Assembly (NCBI GenBank): GCA_963422615.1
Contig: OY730414.1
Coordinates: 2,526,302-2,574,459 of the forward strand
Direction of reading: 5' to 3'
Length of the DNA stretch: 48,158 nucleotides
DNA from: Longimicrobiales bacterium
GTDB lineage: Bacteria; Gemmatimonadota; Gemmatimonadetes; Longimicrobiales; Gaopeijiaceae
This document shows positions 28,085-36,239 of the stretch, in pieces (position 1 is the stretch's first letter; each line of letters opens with the position of its first letter). A model generated the notes under the pieces. It worked only from the letters and a program-made list of their open reading frames with translations. It searched no databases and had not been told where the DNA came from. The position numbers and the translations under genes were made by a program.

Positions 28085-28978
28085 TTACCCGGCGGACAGG
28101 TATCGATAGCTTGCTTCCGCCGACGCAAGGGGGTCGGCAGGATGGTCGTGCTCCACGAAGGCGTGGAGAAGCCCCGCCTGGCCGGAGCCGGCGAAGATCG
28201 AGGCCCAGTCGATGGTTCCCGCGCCGACATCCGCCATCTGACCGTCGTCGGTCACGTCCTTCACATGGCATAGCTTGAAGCGGCCCGGGTACGCCGCGAA
28301 CAGCCGGTCGGGATCCGCGCCGCCGACGGTTGACCAGTGGAAATCGATCTCCAGGTCCACTAGGGACGGGTCCAGGTGCCGGAGGAGCACCTCGTACCCC
28401 GTCGGCGCTTGGGCCTCTCCGGCACCGATCATTGGTTCGAACTCGAAGGCGTGGTTGTGGTACGCAACCCGAATCCCCGCCTCCCCGGCAGCGGCCCCCG
28501 CTGTGTTGAGCATGGCAGCCACCTCCCTGTACCCCTCCCGGGTGCGCAGTTCAGCAGGAATCCACGGCAGAACTAGCCATCGGTGTCCGAGGACGACCGC
28601 CGCTTCCAGCGCCGACTGTTGTCCGGGACCGGCCAAGTCGTCCCAACTCACGTGGGCTGCCGGCGCCGTGAGGCCGGATCCGTCAAGCCATTCCTTCACC
28701 GTCCGGGGTGCGTATCCGAAGTATCCGGCGAATTCCACTTCGTCGTATCCGATCGCAGCCACTGCGTCCAGGGTGGCGGCCACATCCTCGGCCATGAGGG
28801 CGCGCAGGGTATAGAGCTGGAGTCCCACCCGGTCCAAGGGGGGATTGAGCGCGGGGCGAAGGTCTTCCCCTTGCGGTGCGCCCTCGATCCCTTCCGACTC
28901 CCTGTCGCGGGCGCACCCGGCCCACAGCGCCGCGCCGGACCACACCCCGGCCCTTCGAAGGAAGGCTTTTCTGTCCAT
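28085..28978 (-). CDS. Exported sugar phosphate isomerase/epimerase (TIM barrel) with Tat-like signal
   Basis: MDRKAFLRR...WAGC; GLQLYTLR, EVEFAG, YHNHAFEF, HVKD, FVEHD. Confidence 0.92.
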   Translation of the reverse strand: MDRKAFLRRAGVWSGAALWAGCARDRESEGIEGAPQGEDLRPALNPPLDRVGLQLYTLRALMAEDVAATLDAVAAIGYDEVEFAGYFGYAPRTVKEWLDGSGLTAPAAHVSWDDLAGPGQQSALEAAVVLGHRWLVLPWIPAELRTREGYREVAAMLNTAGAAAGEAGIRVAYHNHAFEFEPMIGAGEAQAPTGYEVLLRHLDPSLVDLEIDFHWSTVGGADPDRLFAAYPGRFKLCHVKDVTDDGQMADVGAGTIDWASIFAGSGQAGLLHAFVEHDHPADPLASAEASYRYLSAG

Positions 28979-29131
28979 CGCGTCCGTGCCCCGGTGTCGA
29001 TTCGCTTTTCGCCGCACGAGATCAAGCCGCAGCATAGCCTTGCAGCCGTCCGGTTCGCCACCCGTCCCCGTGAACCGACGGCATCCGACCCCGGGGCACT
29101 TCTGCGCACCCCGACGCCCCGGGGCATCTGG

Positions 29132-30142
29132 TCACCGAAGCGAGAATCCCCCCGCCAGCGGGTCGTCCTCCTCGGCTCGGAAAGAAGCGGCTCCCGTGTA
29201 GTGGGCCGTCCCGCCCACTCTCACCGTCATGGCGTCGCGCTCTCCCACCCGCGTCTCTCCGACGATGCGTCCCGAAAACACGGCCCCGGTCCGGCTCGAG
29301 AACCACCGGTCCTCTCCGGGGGCCACCTGGCCCCGAGCGTTCTGGACCGCCATCCGAGCCGTCACACCGCTCCCCGTCGGGCTGCGGTCCACCTGCCGGT
29401 CGGCAAAAACGCAGACGTTGGCGCTGGGGCGGTCGGCTCCCAGGGCTCCGTCGGTCAGGATGGTCCCGTAGAGAAAGGACAGATCCGGGTGCTCGGGGTG
29501 ATGGAGGTTGAGCTGCGCCTTGGCTGCACCCGTGACCCCCCATGCCGCGTCCGCAAGCGCTTGAACGGGCGACGTCATCACGTCCAGTCCGAAGCGGGCT
29601 GCCGGGACAAAGGCGTAGAAGGCCCCGCCGTAACCGATGTCCACTTCGACCCGGCCGGCCCCGTTCACTTCCACCGGGACTTCCAGGAGCGGGGCGAAGG
29701 CGCCCACGCTCTCGAAGTGAACCCGACCCGACCGTCCGTTCCGAACGTCGACGTGGGCGGTGACAAGGCCGCACGGACATTGGATGCACAGCGTCGTCCG
29801 GGGTTCCCGCACCGCAACCCGTCCCTCGTCCACGGCCCAGCGCGCCAGGGCCATCGTGGCGTGTCCGCACATCGTCGAATAGCCCTCGTTGTGGCAGAAG
29901 AGCACCGCCAAGTCGGCGTCTGGATGATCGGGCCGGACGAGGATCACCCCGTACATGTCGTCGTGGCCCCTGGGCTCGAACATTAGGAAGCGGCGGATGT
30001 GGTCCAGATGCTTCCGGACATAGCGGCGCTTGTCCAGGATCGTGGCACCTTGCACCTCCGGGTACCCACGCGTCACGATCCGCACAGGTTCGCCACCCGT
30101 GTGCATCTCGCAGGTTCGAATCTCGGGAAAAAAAGATGGCAT
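29132..30142 (-). CDS. Proline racemase family, Cys/Thr type: probable trans-3-hydroxy-L-proline dehydratase
   Basis: MHTGGEP, FEPRGH, STMCGH, YGGAFY, DRSPTGSG (Thr in place of the second catalytic Cys). Confidence 0.9.
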   Translation of the reverse strand: MPSFFPEIRTCEMHTGGEPVRIVTRGYPEVQGATILDKRRYVRKHLDHIRRFLMFEPRGHDDMYGVILVRPDHPDADLAVLFCHNEGYSTMCGHATMALARWAVDEGRVAVREPRTTLCIQCPCGLVTAHVDVRNGRSGRVHFESVGAFAPLLEVPVEVNGAGRVEVDIGYGGAFYAFVPAARFGLDVMTSPVQALADAAWGVTGAAKAQLNLHHPEHPDLSFLYGTILTDGALGADRPSANVCVFADRQVDRSPTGSGVTARMAVQNARGQVAPGEDRWFSSRTGAVFSGRIVGETRVGERDAMTVRVGGTAHYTGAASFRAEEDDPLAGGFSLR

Positions 30143-30158
30143 TGTCCTACCCAGGCTT

Positions 30159-30214
30159 ATCGGTCGCACCGATCGTCACGATCCAATCATATGGATTCAG
30201 CGCGATAATCGCGC
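30159..30214. promoter_or_regulatory. Chain of four short palindromes upstream of the dehydratase; candidate operator array
   Basis: ATCGGT-CGC-ACCGAT, GATCGT-C-ACGATC, ATCCA-N6-TGGAT, GCGCGAT-A-ATCGCGC. Confidence 0.45.
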
Positions 30215-30266
30215 ACAGGCGCCGAATCATGAATATGGACGCTATAGGTACGGACGCGGTCACCGC

Positions 30267-31658
30267 CTACCCAGCCCTGCCCGCACCGGCGAATCGTCGG
30301 GCCACAAACAGGATTCCGTACGCCGCCCCCGCCCAGGCCATCCCCCACGCCGGCGGTTCCATCCATCCTTCGCCGACTCCGGTCCCTTGAGCCACAAGAA
30401 GAGCGATGACGCCCGCGGCCGCAGCGGCCAGGGCTTCCGCGGCGCCGGGACGTCGGGAGTGAAGTCCCGCCACGACCGGTATGAAGAGACTGACCCCCAG
30501 GAGGGAGTAGAAGATTTCGAGGGCGTGGGCTACGGTCGGAAGTAACACGGCCAGAAGGACGCCAGCGGCGCCTCCTGCGATCGCCGCGCCCCGGGCAACC
30601 TGCAGGACCTGCCGGTCGCTGGCCGACGGGTTCACGAAGCGCTTGTAAAGGTCCTTGGAAAGGGAGGTGGCCAGCATGAAGAGGATGGCGTCGGCGGAGC
30701 TGATTTCCGCCGACAGGACCGCGGCGAGTCCCAAGAGCCCCACCCACGCCGGGACCCCCCGGGTCAGAATGACGGGCAGTGCCGTTTCCGAATTCTCCAG
30801 GCCGGGGGCAACCGACCGGGCCACGATGCCCAACACCGGGGGGAGGAAGGCGAACAGCATCAGGGCGACACCGCACGCCCCCAGGCCCAAACGAACCGCT
30901 CGCTCGTCTCGGGCACCAAAGGTCTTCTGGAGAATCCCGGGAGAAACGATGAAGGCCGGCACCAGGAGCAGCAGGTACTTCCAGCCGGAAGCCCCGTTTT
31001 CGGCGAGGTTCAGGTATCCCGGCACCCTGGCTGCGTCCGCCAGCACCGCGGAGACGCCGCCGGCCTCGCTCACCGCCAGAGGCACGGCGACCAGGAAGCC
31101 GCACATCAGCACCACCAGCTGGACCAGGTTGACCCAAGCCGAGCTCAAAAGTCCCCCGGCGACGAAGTACACCGTCATCACTCCCCCCCCGGCGACCGCG
31201 CCCAACCAGCGGGGAGCGCCCGCGACCACCTCCAGAATCCAAGCCATGGCAATGAGCTGGCCCGCCAGGATGGCCAACGTGCCCAGCCAGAGAAGGGCCG
31301 CGATGGCCGCCCGAACCGACGGCCCGTAGCGGTGCTCCAGATAGTCGCCGACGGTCAGCAAGGACCGATCCCGAGCCACCCTCCAGATCCGGGGACCGAT
31401 CCAGGCCGCGAGGATGAGGGTGCCGATCCCCGCAGATCCAACCCACCACCACGCCGCGATACCGTCCCGGTATCCGAGTCCGGCGGCAAGCACGGTGGAG
31501 CCGGCCCCGATGTTGGCCGCCAGAAGGGTAGCGGAGAGAAGTCCGGGACCCAGCCGCCGTCCCGCGACGAAGAAGTCCGGCGCCCCCGAAACCCGCCGCC
31601 CGACCGCCAACCCCAACGCCGTGATGAGGACCACGTAGACCAGCAGACCCGCCAGCAC
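30267..31658 (-). CDS. Sodium:solute symporter family protein
   Basis: Start revised to GTG 31658, 5 bp after the peptidase stop; DFFVAGRRLG, ANIGAGS, YFVAGGL, SAEISSAD, SKDLYKR; many TM segments. Confidence 0.93.
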   Translation of the reverse strand: MLAGLLVYVVLITALGLAVGRRVSGAPDFFVAGRRLGPGLLSATLLAANIGAGSTVLAAGLGYRDGIAAWWWVGSAGIGTLILAAWIGPRIWRVARDRSLLTVGDYLEHRYGPSVRAAIAALLWLGTLAILAGQLIAMAWILEVVAGAPRWLGAVAGGGVMTVYFVAGGLLSSAWVNLVQLVVLMCGFLVAVPLAVSEAGGVSAVLADAARVPGYLNLAENGASGWKYLLLLVPAFIVSPGILQKTFGARDERAVRLGLGACGVALMLFAFLPPVLGIVARSVAPGLENSETALPVILTRGVPAWVGLLGLAAVLSAEISSADAILFMLATSLSKDLYKRFVNPSASDRQVLQVARGAAIAGGAAGVLLAVLLPTVAHALEIFYSLLGVSLFIPVVAGLHSRRPGAAEALAAAAAGVIALLVAQGTGVGEGWMEPPAWGMAWAGAAYGILFVARRFAGAGRAG

Positions 31659-31663
31659 TCCGC

Positions 31664-32773
31664 TTACCTTCCGGGCAGGTCCCGAACCGCGGGAATGTTC
31701 GGGAGCCCCCGAGCGCCCCGCACTCCTCGCAGCACGGCATCGGCCAAGACCTCGGCGGCCAGGGCCCCCACTTGGCCCACGGAGTAGCCCGCTTCGAGGC
31801 CCCCGGTGGCCAGAGAGAAGACGGTGTCGCCGTCGGAAGGCGTGTGGCTGGGGACGATGGACCGGGCCAGCCCGTCCTGGGCCATCTGGGCAACCTTGGA
31901 GGCTTCGGCCTGGGTCAGGCGGGCATTGGTGGCGACGACCCCGATGGTCGTGTTCTCTCCCGGCGGCGATCGCGGGATGGTCTCCCGAAGAATCCGCCGG
32001 GCGTCGGCAAGACCGCCGTCCTGGGTCCGCACGCCGGCGACGACCGTCCCCGTGGCAGGATCGATCACATCCCCCACGGCGTTCACGATCACGATCGCGC
32101 CAATGACAAGGCCGCTCTTCAGGGTGACCGACGCAGTGCCCGCACCGCCCTTCATGGCCAGTCCCATCCCCCGAAGTTTCCCGACCGTGGCCCCGGCTCC
32201 GGCGCCGACGCTGCCCTGGGCAACGGGTCCCGAAGTAGCCGCCGACGCTGCCCGGTATCCGCATTCAGCTCCGGGACGAACGCCCCCGGAGACCCGAAGG
32301 TCGAAGATGATGGCGCCGGGCACGATGGGTACGACCAGATCCGCACCGACTCGATACCCCTCTCCCCGCTCCTCCAAGTAGCGCATGACGCCCTGACGCG
32401 CAGCCAGGCCGTAGGCACTGCCCCCGGAAATCAGGAGGGCGTTGACTTCCCGGACCGGATTCACGGGGTCCAGCAGATCGGTCTCGACCGTGCCGGGCGC
32501 GCCTCCCCGCACATCGACGCCACCGATGACGCCTCCGTCCGCTATCACGACGGTGCAACCCGTGGGCGCGTTCGGGTACGTGTAGTGGCCGACACGAATG
32601 CCCGGTACGTCCGTGATCTCACCGACCCGACCTTCCTCCGCTGCCTGTTGGGATGCGCCGGGGACGGGCGGGAGCAGCCCGAAGGCCAGGGCGGCCATCC
32701 CCCTCCAGCGGGGCAGGCCAGGTACAGCGCCCAGGCGCCAACCAGGGCGGGATTCGAACGCACTCGGGCGCAT
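31664..32773 (-). CDS. P1/S58-family peptidase (DmpA/NylC-like self-cleaving hydrolase), probably exported
   Basis: ITDVPGIRVGH, TGCTV, DVRGGAPGT.ETDLL, SGGSAYGL, GSVGAGAGA, ENTTIGVVATN, HTPSDGDTVF; hydrophobic leader; exact start uncertain. Confidence 0.9.
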   Translation of the reverse strand: MRPSAFESRPGWRLGAVPGLPRWRGMAALAFGLLPPVPGASQQAAEEGRVGEITDVPGIRVGHYTYPNAPTGCTVVIADGGVIGGVDVRGGAPGTVETDLLDPVNPVREVNALLISGGSAYGLAARQGVMRYLEERGEGYRVGADLVVPIVPGAIIFDLRVSGGVRPGAECGYRAASAATSGPVAQGSVGAGAGATVGKLRGMGLAMKGGAGTASVTLKSGLVIGAIVIVNAVGDVIDPATGTVVAGVRTQDGGLADARRILRETIPRSPPGENTTIGVVATNARLTQAEASKVAQMAQDGLARSIVPSHTPSDGDTVFSLATGGLEAGYSVGQVGALAAEVLADAVLRGVRGARGLPNIPAVRDLPGR

Positions 32774-32836
32774 GGTAACGATTCGACCCACCCGACCGAC
32801 CGTTTTTCGAACCCACCCCGTCCAAAAACCGGTCGC

Positions 32837-32869
32837 TTTCCGTCCATTTGTCCGGACATTCAGCGGAAA
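32837..32869. promoter_or_regulatory. Palindromic candidate operator in a divergent intergenic region
   Basis: TTTCCG-N6-TGTCCGGACA-N5-CGGAAA. Confidence 0.3.
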
Positions 32870-32986
32870 CCGGGACCCCTTCGCCCCTCCATATCGCTTG
32901 TGGACACAAGCGATCCCCGAAATCCGGCAACCTTGGCACGGTTCATGCGGTCTAACGGAGCGCACTCCGCGGAAGGAATACTGACC

Positions 32987-33232
32987 ATGGTACATTTGAG
33001 ACGGCGCAGGAACCGAAGGTTCACGGCGCTGGGGTTGGCGCTTTCTCTGGGCTTGATCGGGAGCGCGACCGGCGCCATCAAGCTTACCCGGGCCGAGAAG
33101 ACACCGACCCCCGCCGAATCCGGCGAATTGGCCAAACCGGAGGAGCCGCATCGCCCCCCCCGAGGATCCAAGACGGAAGCCCGGGCGAATGCCCACGGAC
33201 GGCCAGACGGCACCGATAACCGGGTTCTGTGA
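32987..33232 (+). CDS. Small hypothetical signal-anchored protein (81 aa) or gene remnant
   Basis: GGAAGGA RBS; MVHLRRRRNRRFTALGLALSLGLIGSATGA followed by a polar Pro-rich tail; fills the gap between two minus-strand genes. Confidence 0.5.
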   Translation: MVHLRRRRNRRFTALGLALSLGLIGSATGAIKLTRAEKTPTPAESGELAKPEEPHRPPRGSKTEARANAHGRPDGTDNRVL

Positions 33233-33256
33233 AGAGGCCACCTTATGTGCGGGCGG

Positions 33257-34738
33257 CTACGGGGAGGGAGGCCTGGTCGGGGGCAACGGCACCGCTTGGC
33301 CGGTGGGGATAGGGGATCTGTACGGCAAGCCCCCCGTATTCTCGGCGTGCACGGCTTTCGCGCGCCGCAGGAGGTCGGCGTCGAGCATGATTTCGGCGCC
33401 CATGAGCGCCAGCGCCTTTGTCGCGACTTGGGCTCCCTTCACGGCTCCGGGTGTGCCATGGGAAGAGCTGGTCGCCCACGAATGCCAAGGAATGTGTTCC
33501 GCAGCCGTGGTAACGCTGAACTCAACCGTCGGTGCGATGTAGCTTACCTCCGCCACATCCGAAGAGCCCCCGTCCGCTCTCGCGGGCGTGGCGGGCAAGG
33601 GGTTGATCGTGTCGTTCAAGCCCGTCGTGTCCACATCCAGGAACCGCTGTAGCTCCTTGGCGAAACGCTGATCCGACTCGCTGAACGCGGGCGGTCCCAC
33701 CCGTTCCAGGTTGGCTTGCATGGCCTCTTGGAGGGGTCTGACCAGTGTGTACGGGTGTACACCGGTGACGAGAAACACCTCGTGCTCGGTTCGGGTCATC
33801 TGGGCTGCGCCGGCGGCAATGTCCAGGATCCACTGGTAGTTCTCCTCGACGCTGGCCCGGGTGGTGTCCCGAACGTAGTACCAGGCCTTGGCATGTTCCG
33901 GGACAACGTTCGGGACTTCACCCGCGTTCGGAATGACGTAGTGGATCCGGGCACTGGGCTCGATGTGCTCCCGCATCATGTTCACTCCGTGGTTCATCAG
34001 CTCCACCGCATCCAGTGCGCTCCGTCCGTTCCAGGGGTCGGCAGCGCCGTGAGCCGCCTGGCCCAGAAAGGTGATTTCGAAGTTGTTGAGCGCCCGGGCC
34101 CGGTTGTTGGATACGGCGGTCTTCTGCCCTGGGTGCCACACAATCGCCGCGTCCAAGTCGTCGAAGAGCCCGTCCCGCGCCATGTAGACCTTTCCCACCA
34201 CCGTCTCTTCGGCAGGGGTGCCATAGAGTCGAACGGTCCCTTCGGTTCCGTAGTCCGCCATCATGCGCTTGACGGCGATGGCCGCGGCCACGGAGGCAGC
34301 GCCGAAGAGGTTGTGTCCGCACCCTTGACCGTGACGGTGGCCGTCTTCGCGGGTGGCGCGCCTGGGCTCGGGGGCGTTGCCGATGTTGGGCAAGGCATCG
34401 TACTCCGCCAGAACGCCCAGGACCGGTCGGCCCGATCCCCAGGAGGCAACGAAGGCGGTGGGCATGCCCGCCACACCTTTTTCCAGGGTGAAGCCCTCTT
34501 CGTCCAGGATCCCTGCGAGGTAGCGGGCTGATTCGACTTCCTGGAGTGCAATCTCGGAGAAGTCCCAAAGGCGGGCCGACATCTGACCGACCAGATCGTC
34601 AAGGGCCGTGGCGTGGGCGAAGGCGGACGCTTTGCCCTCCTCTATCGACTGGGCATGGGCGACGATCCCCATGGCAAAGGCGGCGACAATCCCCACGGTG
34701 TGGGACAGGACGATACGGTAACGGCGCTGGATGTTCAC
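33257..34738 (-). CDS. M20 amidohydrolase, AbgB (p-aminobenzoyl-glutamate hydrolase B)-like, with signal peptide
   Basis: LAEYDALP, GCGHNL, GTPAEE, WHPG, AHGAADPWNGRSALDAVE, GSSDVAEVS; AHA signal cleavage site. Confidence 0.92.
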   Translation of the reverse strand: MNIQRRYRIVLSHTVGIVAAFAMGIVAHAQSIEEGKASAFAHATALDDLVGQMSARLWDFSEIALQEVESARYLAGILDEEGFTLEKGVAGMPTAFVASWGSGRPVLGVLAEYDALPNIGNAPEPRRATREDGHRHGQGCGHNLFGAASVAAAIAVKRMMADYGTEGTVRLYGTPAEETVVGKVYMARDGLFDDLDAAIVWHPGQKTAVSNNRARALNNFEITFLGQAAHGAADPWNGRSALDAVELMNHGVNMMREHIEPSARIHYVIPNAGEVPNVVPEHAKAWYYVRDTTRASVEENYQWILDIAAGAAQMTRTEHEVFLVTGVHPYTLVRPLQEAMQANLERVGPPAFSESDQRFAKELQRFLDVDTTGLNDTINPLPATPARADGGSSDVAEVSYIAPTVEFSVTTAAEHIPWHSWATSSSHGTPGAVKGAQVATKALALMGAEIMLDADLLRRAKAVHAENTGGLPYRSPIPTGQAVPLPPTRPPSP

Positions 34739-34868
34739 TTCGCAGATCCTTATGGGAAAGGGAGTGGCAGGTTCGGGAAACGCAAGCGACCTTGCTTCCG
34801 GGTTCCTTATCCTACGAATCTATCGTTGATTCGGTCGGTTCTCTATTCCATCCCGGAGCGACTATCCA

Positions 34869-36086
34869 GTGAGCGACCATTCTCCGTGCTCGACCGTCGT
34901 GCGGTCTTCCAGTGGCCCGAGCCTCACCCCCGCCGCGCCCCATGAGCCCCATGGACGTATATCCGCCCTTACGATGGGTGGGGTCTGCACAGCTGTGCTT
35001 CTCGGCGCCTGCGTCGTCCAGTCGGGGGACCCCGGTCCCGAATCCGGATCCCCAGGTGCCCCGCCGACATTCTCGGTGGACCCCGCGTGGCCTCGGGAGC
35101 TACCCAACAATTGGATCCTGGGCTCGATCACGTCGGTCTTCGTCGATACCCAGGACCACGTATGGATCACCCACCTGCCGGAAACGCTGACCCCCGAGGA
35201 AGCGGCCGCCGTCCAGGATCCGCCCATCGGGGAGTGCTGCGTTCCCGCCCCGGTGGTGATCGAGTTCGACCCCGAGGGCAATGTCGTCCAGGGATGGGGC
35301 GACCCGTCGACGCAGGACGTCTCCGAGTTCCCCCGCAACGCCCACGGCCTTTTTGTGGACCACAACGAACATGTGTGGATCGGCACCTTCCGTCATCACC
35401 GCCTGATGAAGTTCACTCCCACGGGTACGCACCTGATGACCCTGGGGGAGTACGACGTGAACGGGGGGAGCGGTGATACCCGCCTGCTGGGCGGCCCGGC
35501 CGGCATGTGGGTCGACCCGGAAACCAACGAAGTCTTCGTCGCAGACGGCTACCGCAACCGGCGGGTCATCGTTTTTGAAGGGGAAACGGGAGAATACCGG
35601 CGCCACTGGGGCGCCTACGGAGAGCCGCCTGACGATGAGGCCAGCTACGACTATGCAGCCCGTACGGCGACCAGCCCGCCACCGCCGGAATTCTCTACGG
35701 TCCACGGGCTGGTCGGCTCCGCGGACGGCCTGATCTATGTGGCGGATCGGCGAGGAAACCGGGTTCAGGTCTTTCAGCGGGACGGAACCTTCGTGACCGA
35801 AAAAACCATCGCTCCCCTTACCCGAGCCTCCGGATCGGCCTTCGTCGTCGCACTGTCGCCGGACGAAGGGCAACGTTGGCTGTACCTTGCGGACGGGACC
35901 AACCACAAGGTCTGGATTCTGCGGCGTACGGACCTGGAGGTGGTAGGGGAATTCGGCCGGGGCGGACGTCAGGCGGGCCAGTTCATTCGCCCCCACGGCA
36001 TGGACGTGGATTCGCAGGGAAACATCTACGTTGGGGAAGCATCCACCGGAAGGCGGGTGCAAAAGTTCACTCTCCGAGAGAACTGA
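34869..36086 (+). CDS. NHL-repeat beta-propeller lipoprotein
   Basis: LLGAC lipobox (true start possibly ATG 34973); VDPAWP, AHGLFVD, FVADGY.NRRV, IYVADRRGNRVQVF, PHGMDVDSQGNIYVGE. Confidence 0.88.
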   Translation: MSDHSPCSTVVRSSSGPSLTPAAPHEPHGRISALTMGGVCTAVLLGACVVQSGDPGPESGSPGAPPTFSVDPAWPRELPNNWILGSITSVFVDTQDHVWITHLPETLTPEEAAAVQDPPIGECCVPAPVVIEFDPEGNVVQGWGDPSTQDVSEFPRNAHGLFVDHNEHVWIGTFRHHRLMKFTPTGTHLMTLGEYDVNGGSGDTRLLGGPAGMWVDPETNEVFVADGYRNRRVIVFEGETGEYRRHWGAYGEPPDDEASYDYAARTATSPPPPEFSTVHGLVGSADGLIYVADRRGNRVQVFQRDGTFVTEKTIAPLTRASGSAFVVALSPDEGQRWLYLADGTNHKVWILRRTDLEVVGEFGRGGRQAGQFIRPHGMDVDSQGNIYVGEASTGRRVQKFTLREN

Positions 36087-36239
36087 TCACCCGTGCAAAA
36101 AGGGGACGAAGTCTCCCTGGACAACATCGAAATTCCTTTGCCGAAAAAGATCAATTGATGAGTTCCGATGATGAGCACACCGAGAAATTGAGAACACGGC
36201 GAAGTTGATCGTCCGTTCGCCCTCTTCCAGGAAAAAATC

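Noticed and set aside
23930..32264. Long alternative-frame ORFs (e.g. 23930-25315 +, 25288-26793 +, 26899-28278 +, 28583-29986 +, 30187-31893 -) and the 200-aa 5' extension of the SSS ORF
   Set aside because: Antisense or off-frame shadows of real genes, expected from stop-codon scarcity at high GC; no family motifs.
36083..36115. Hammerhead-like string CTGATCA...GACGAA
   Set aside because: The core should be CTGANGA and GAAA; both deviate and the stems do not close.
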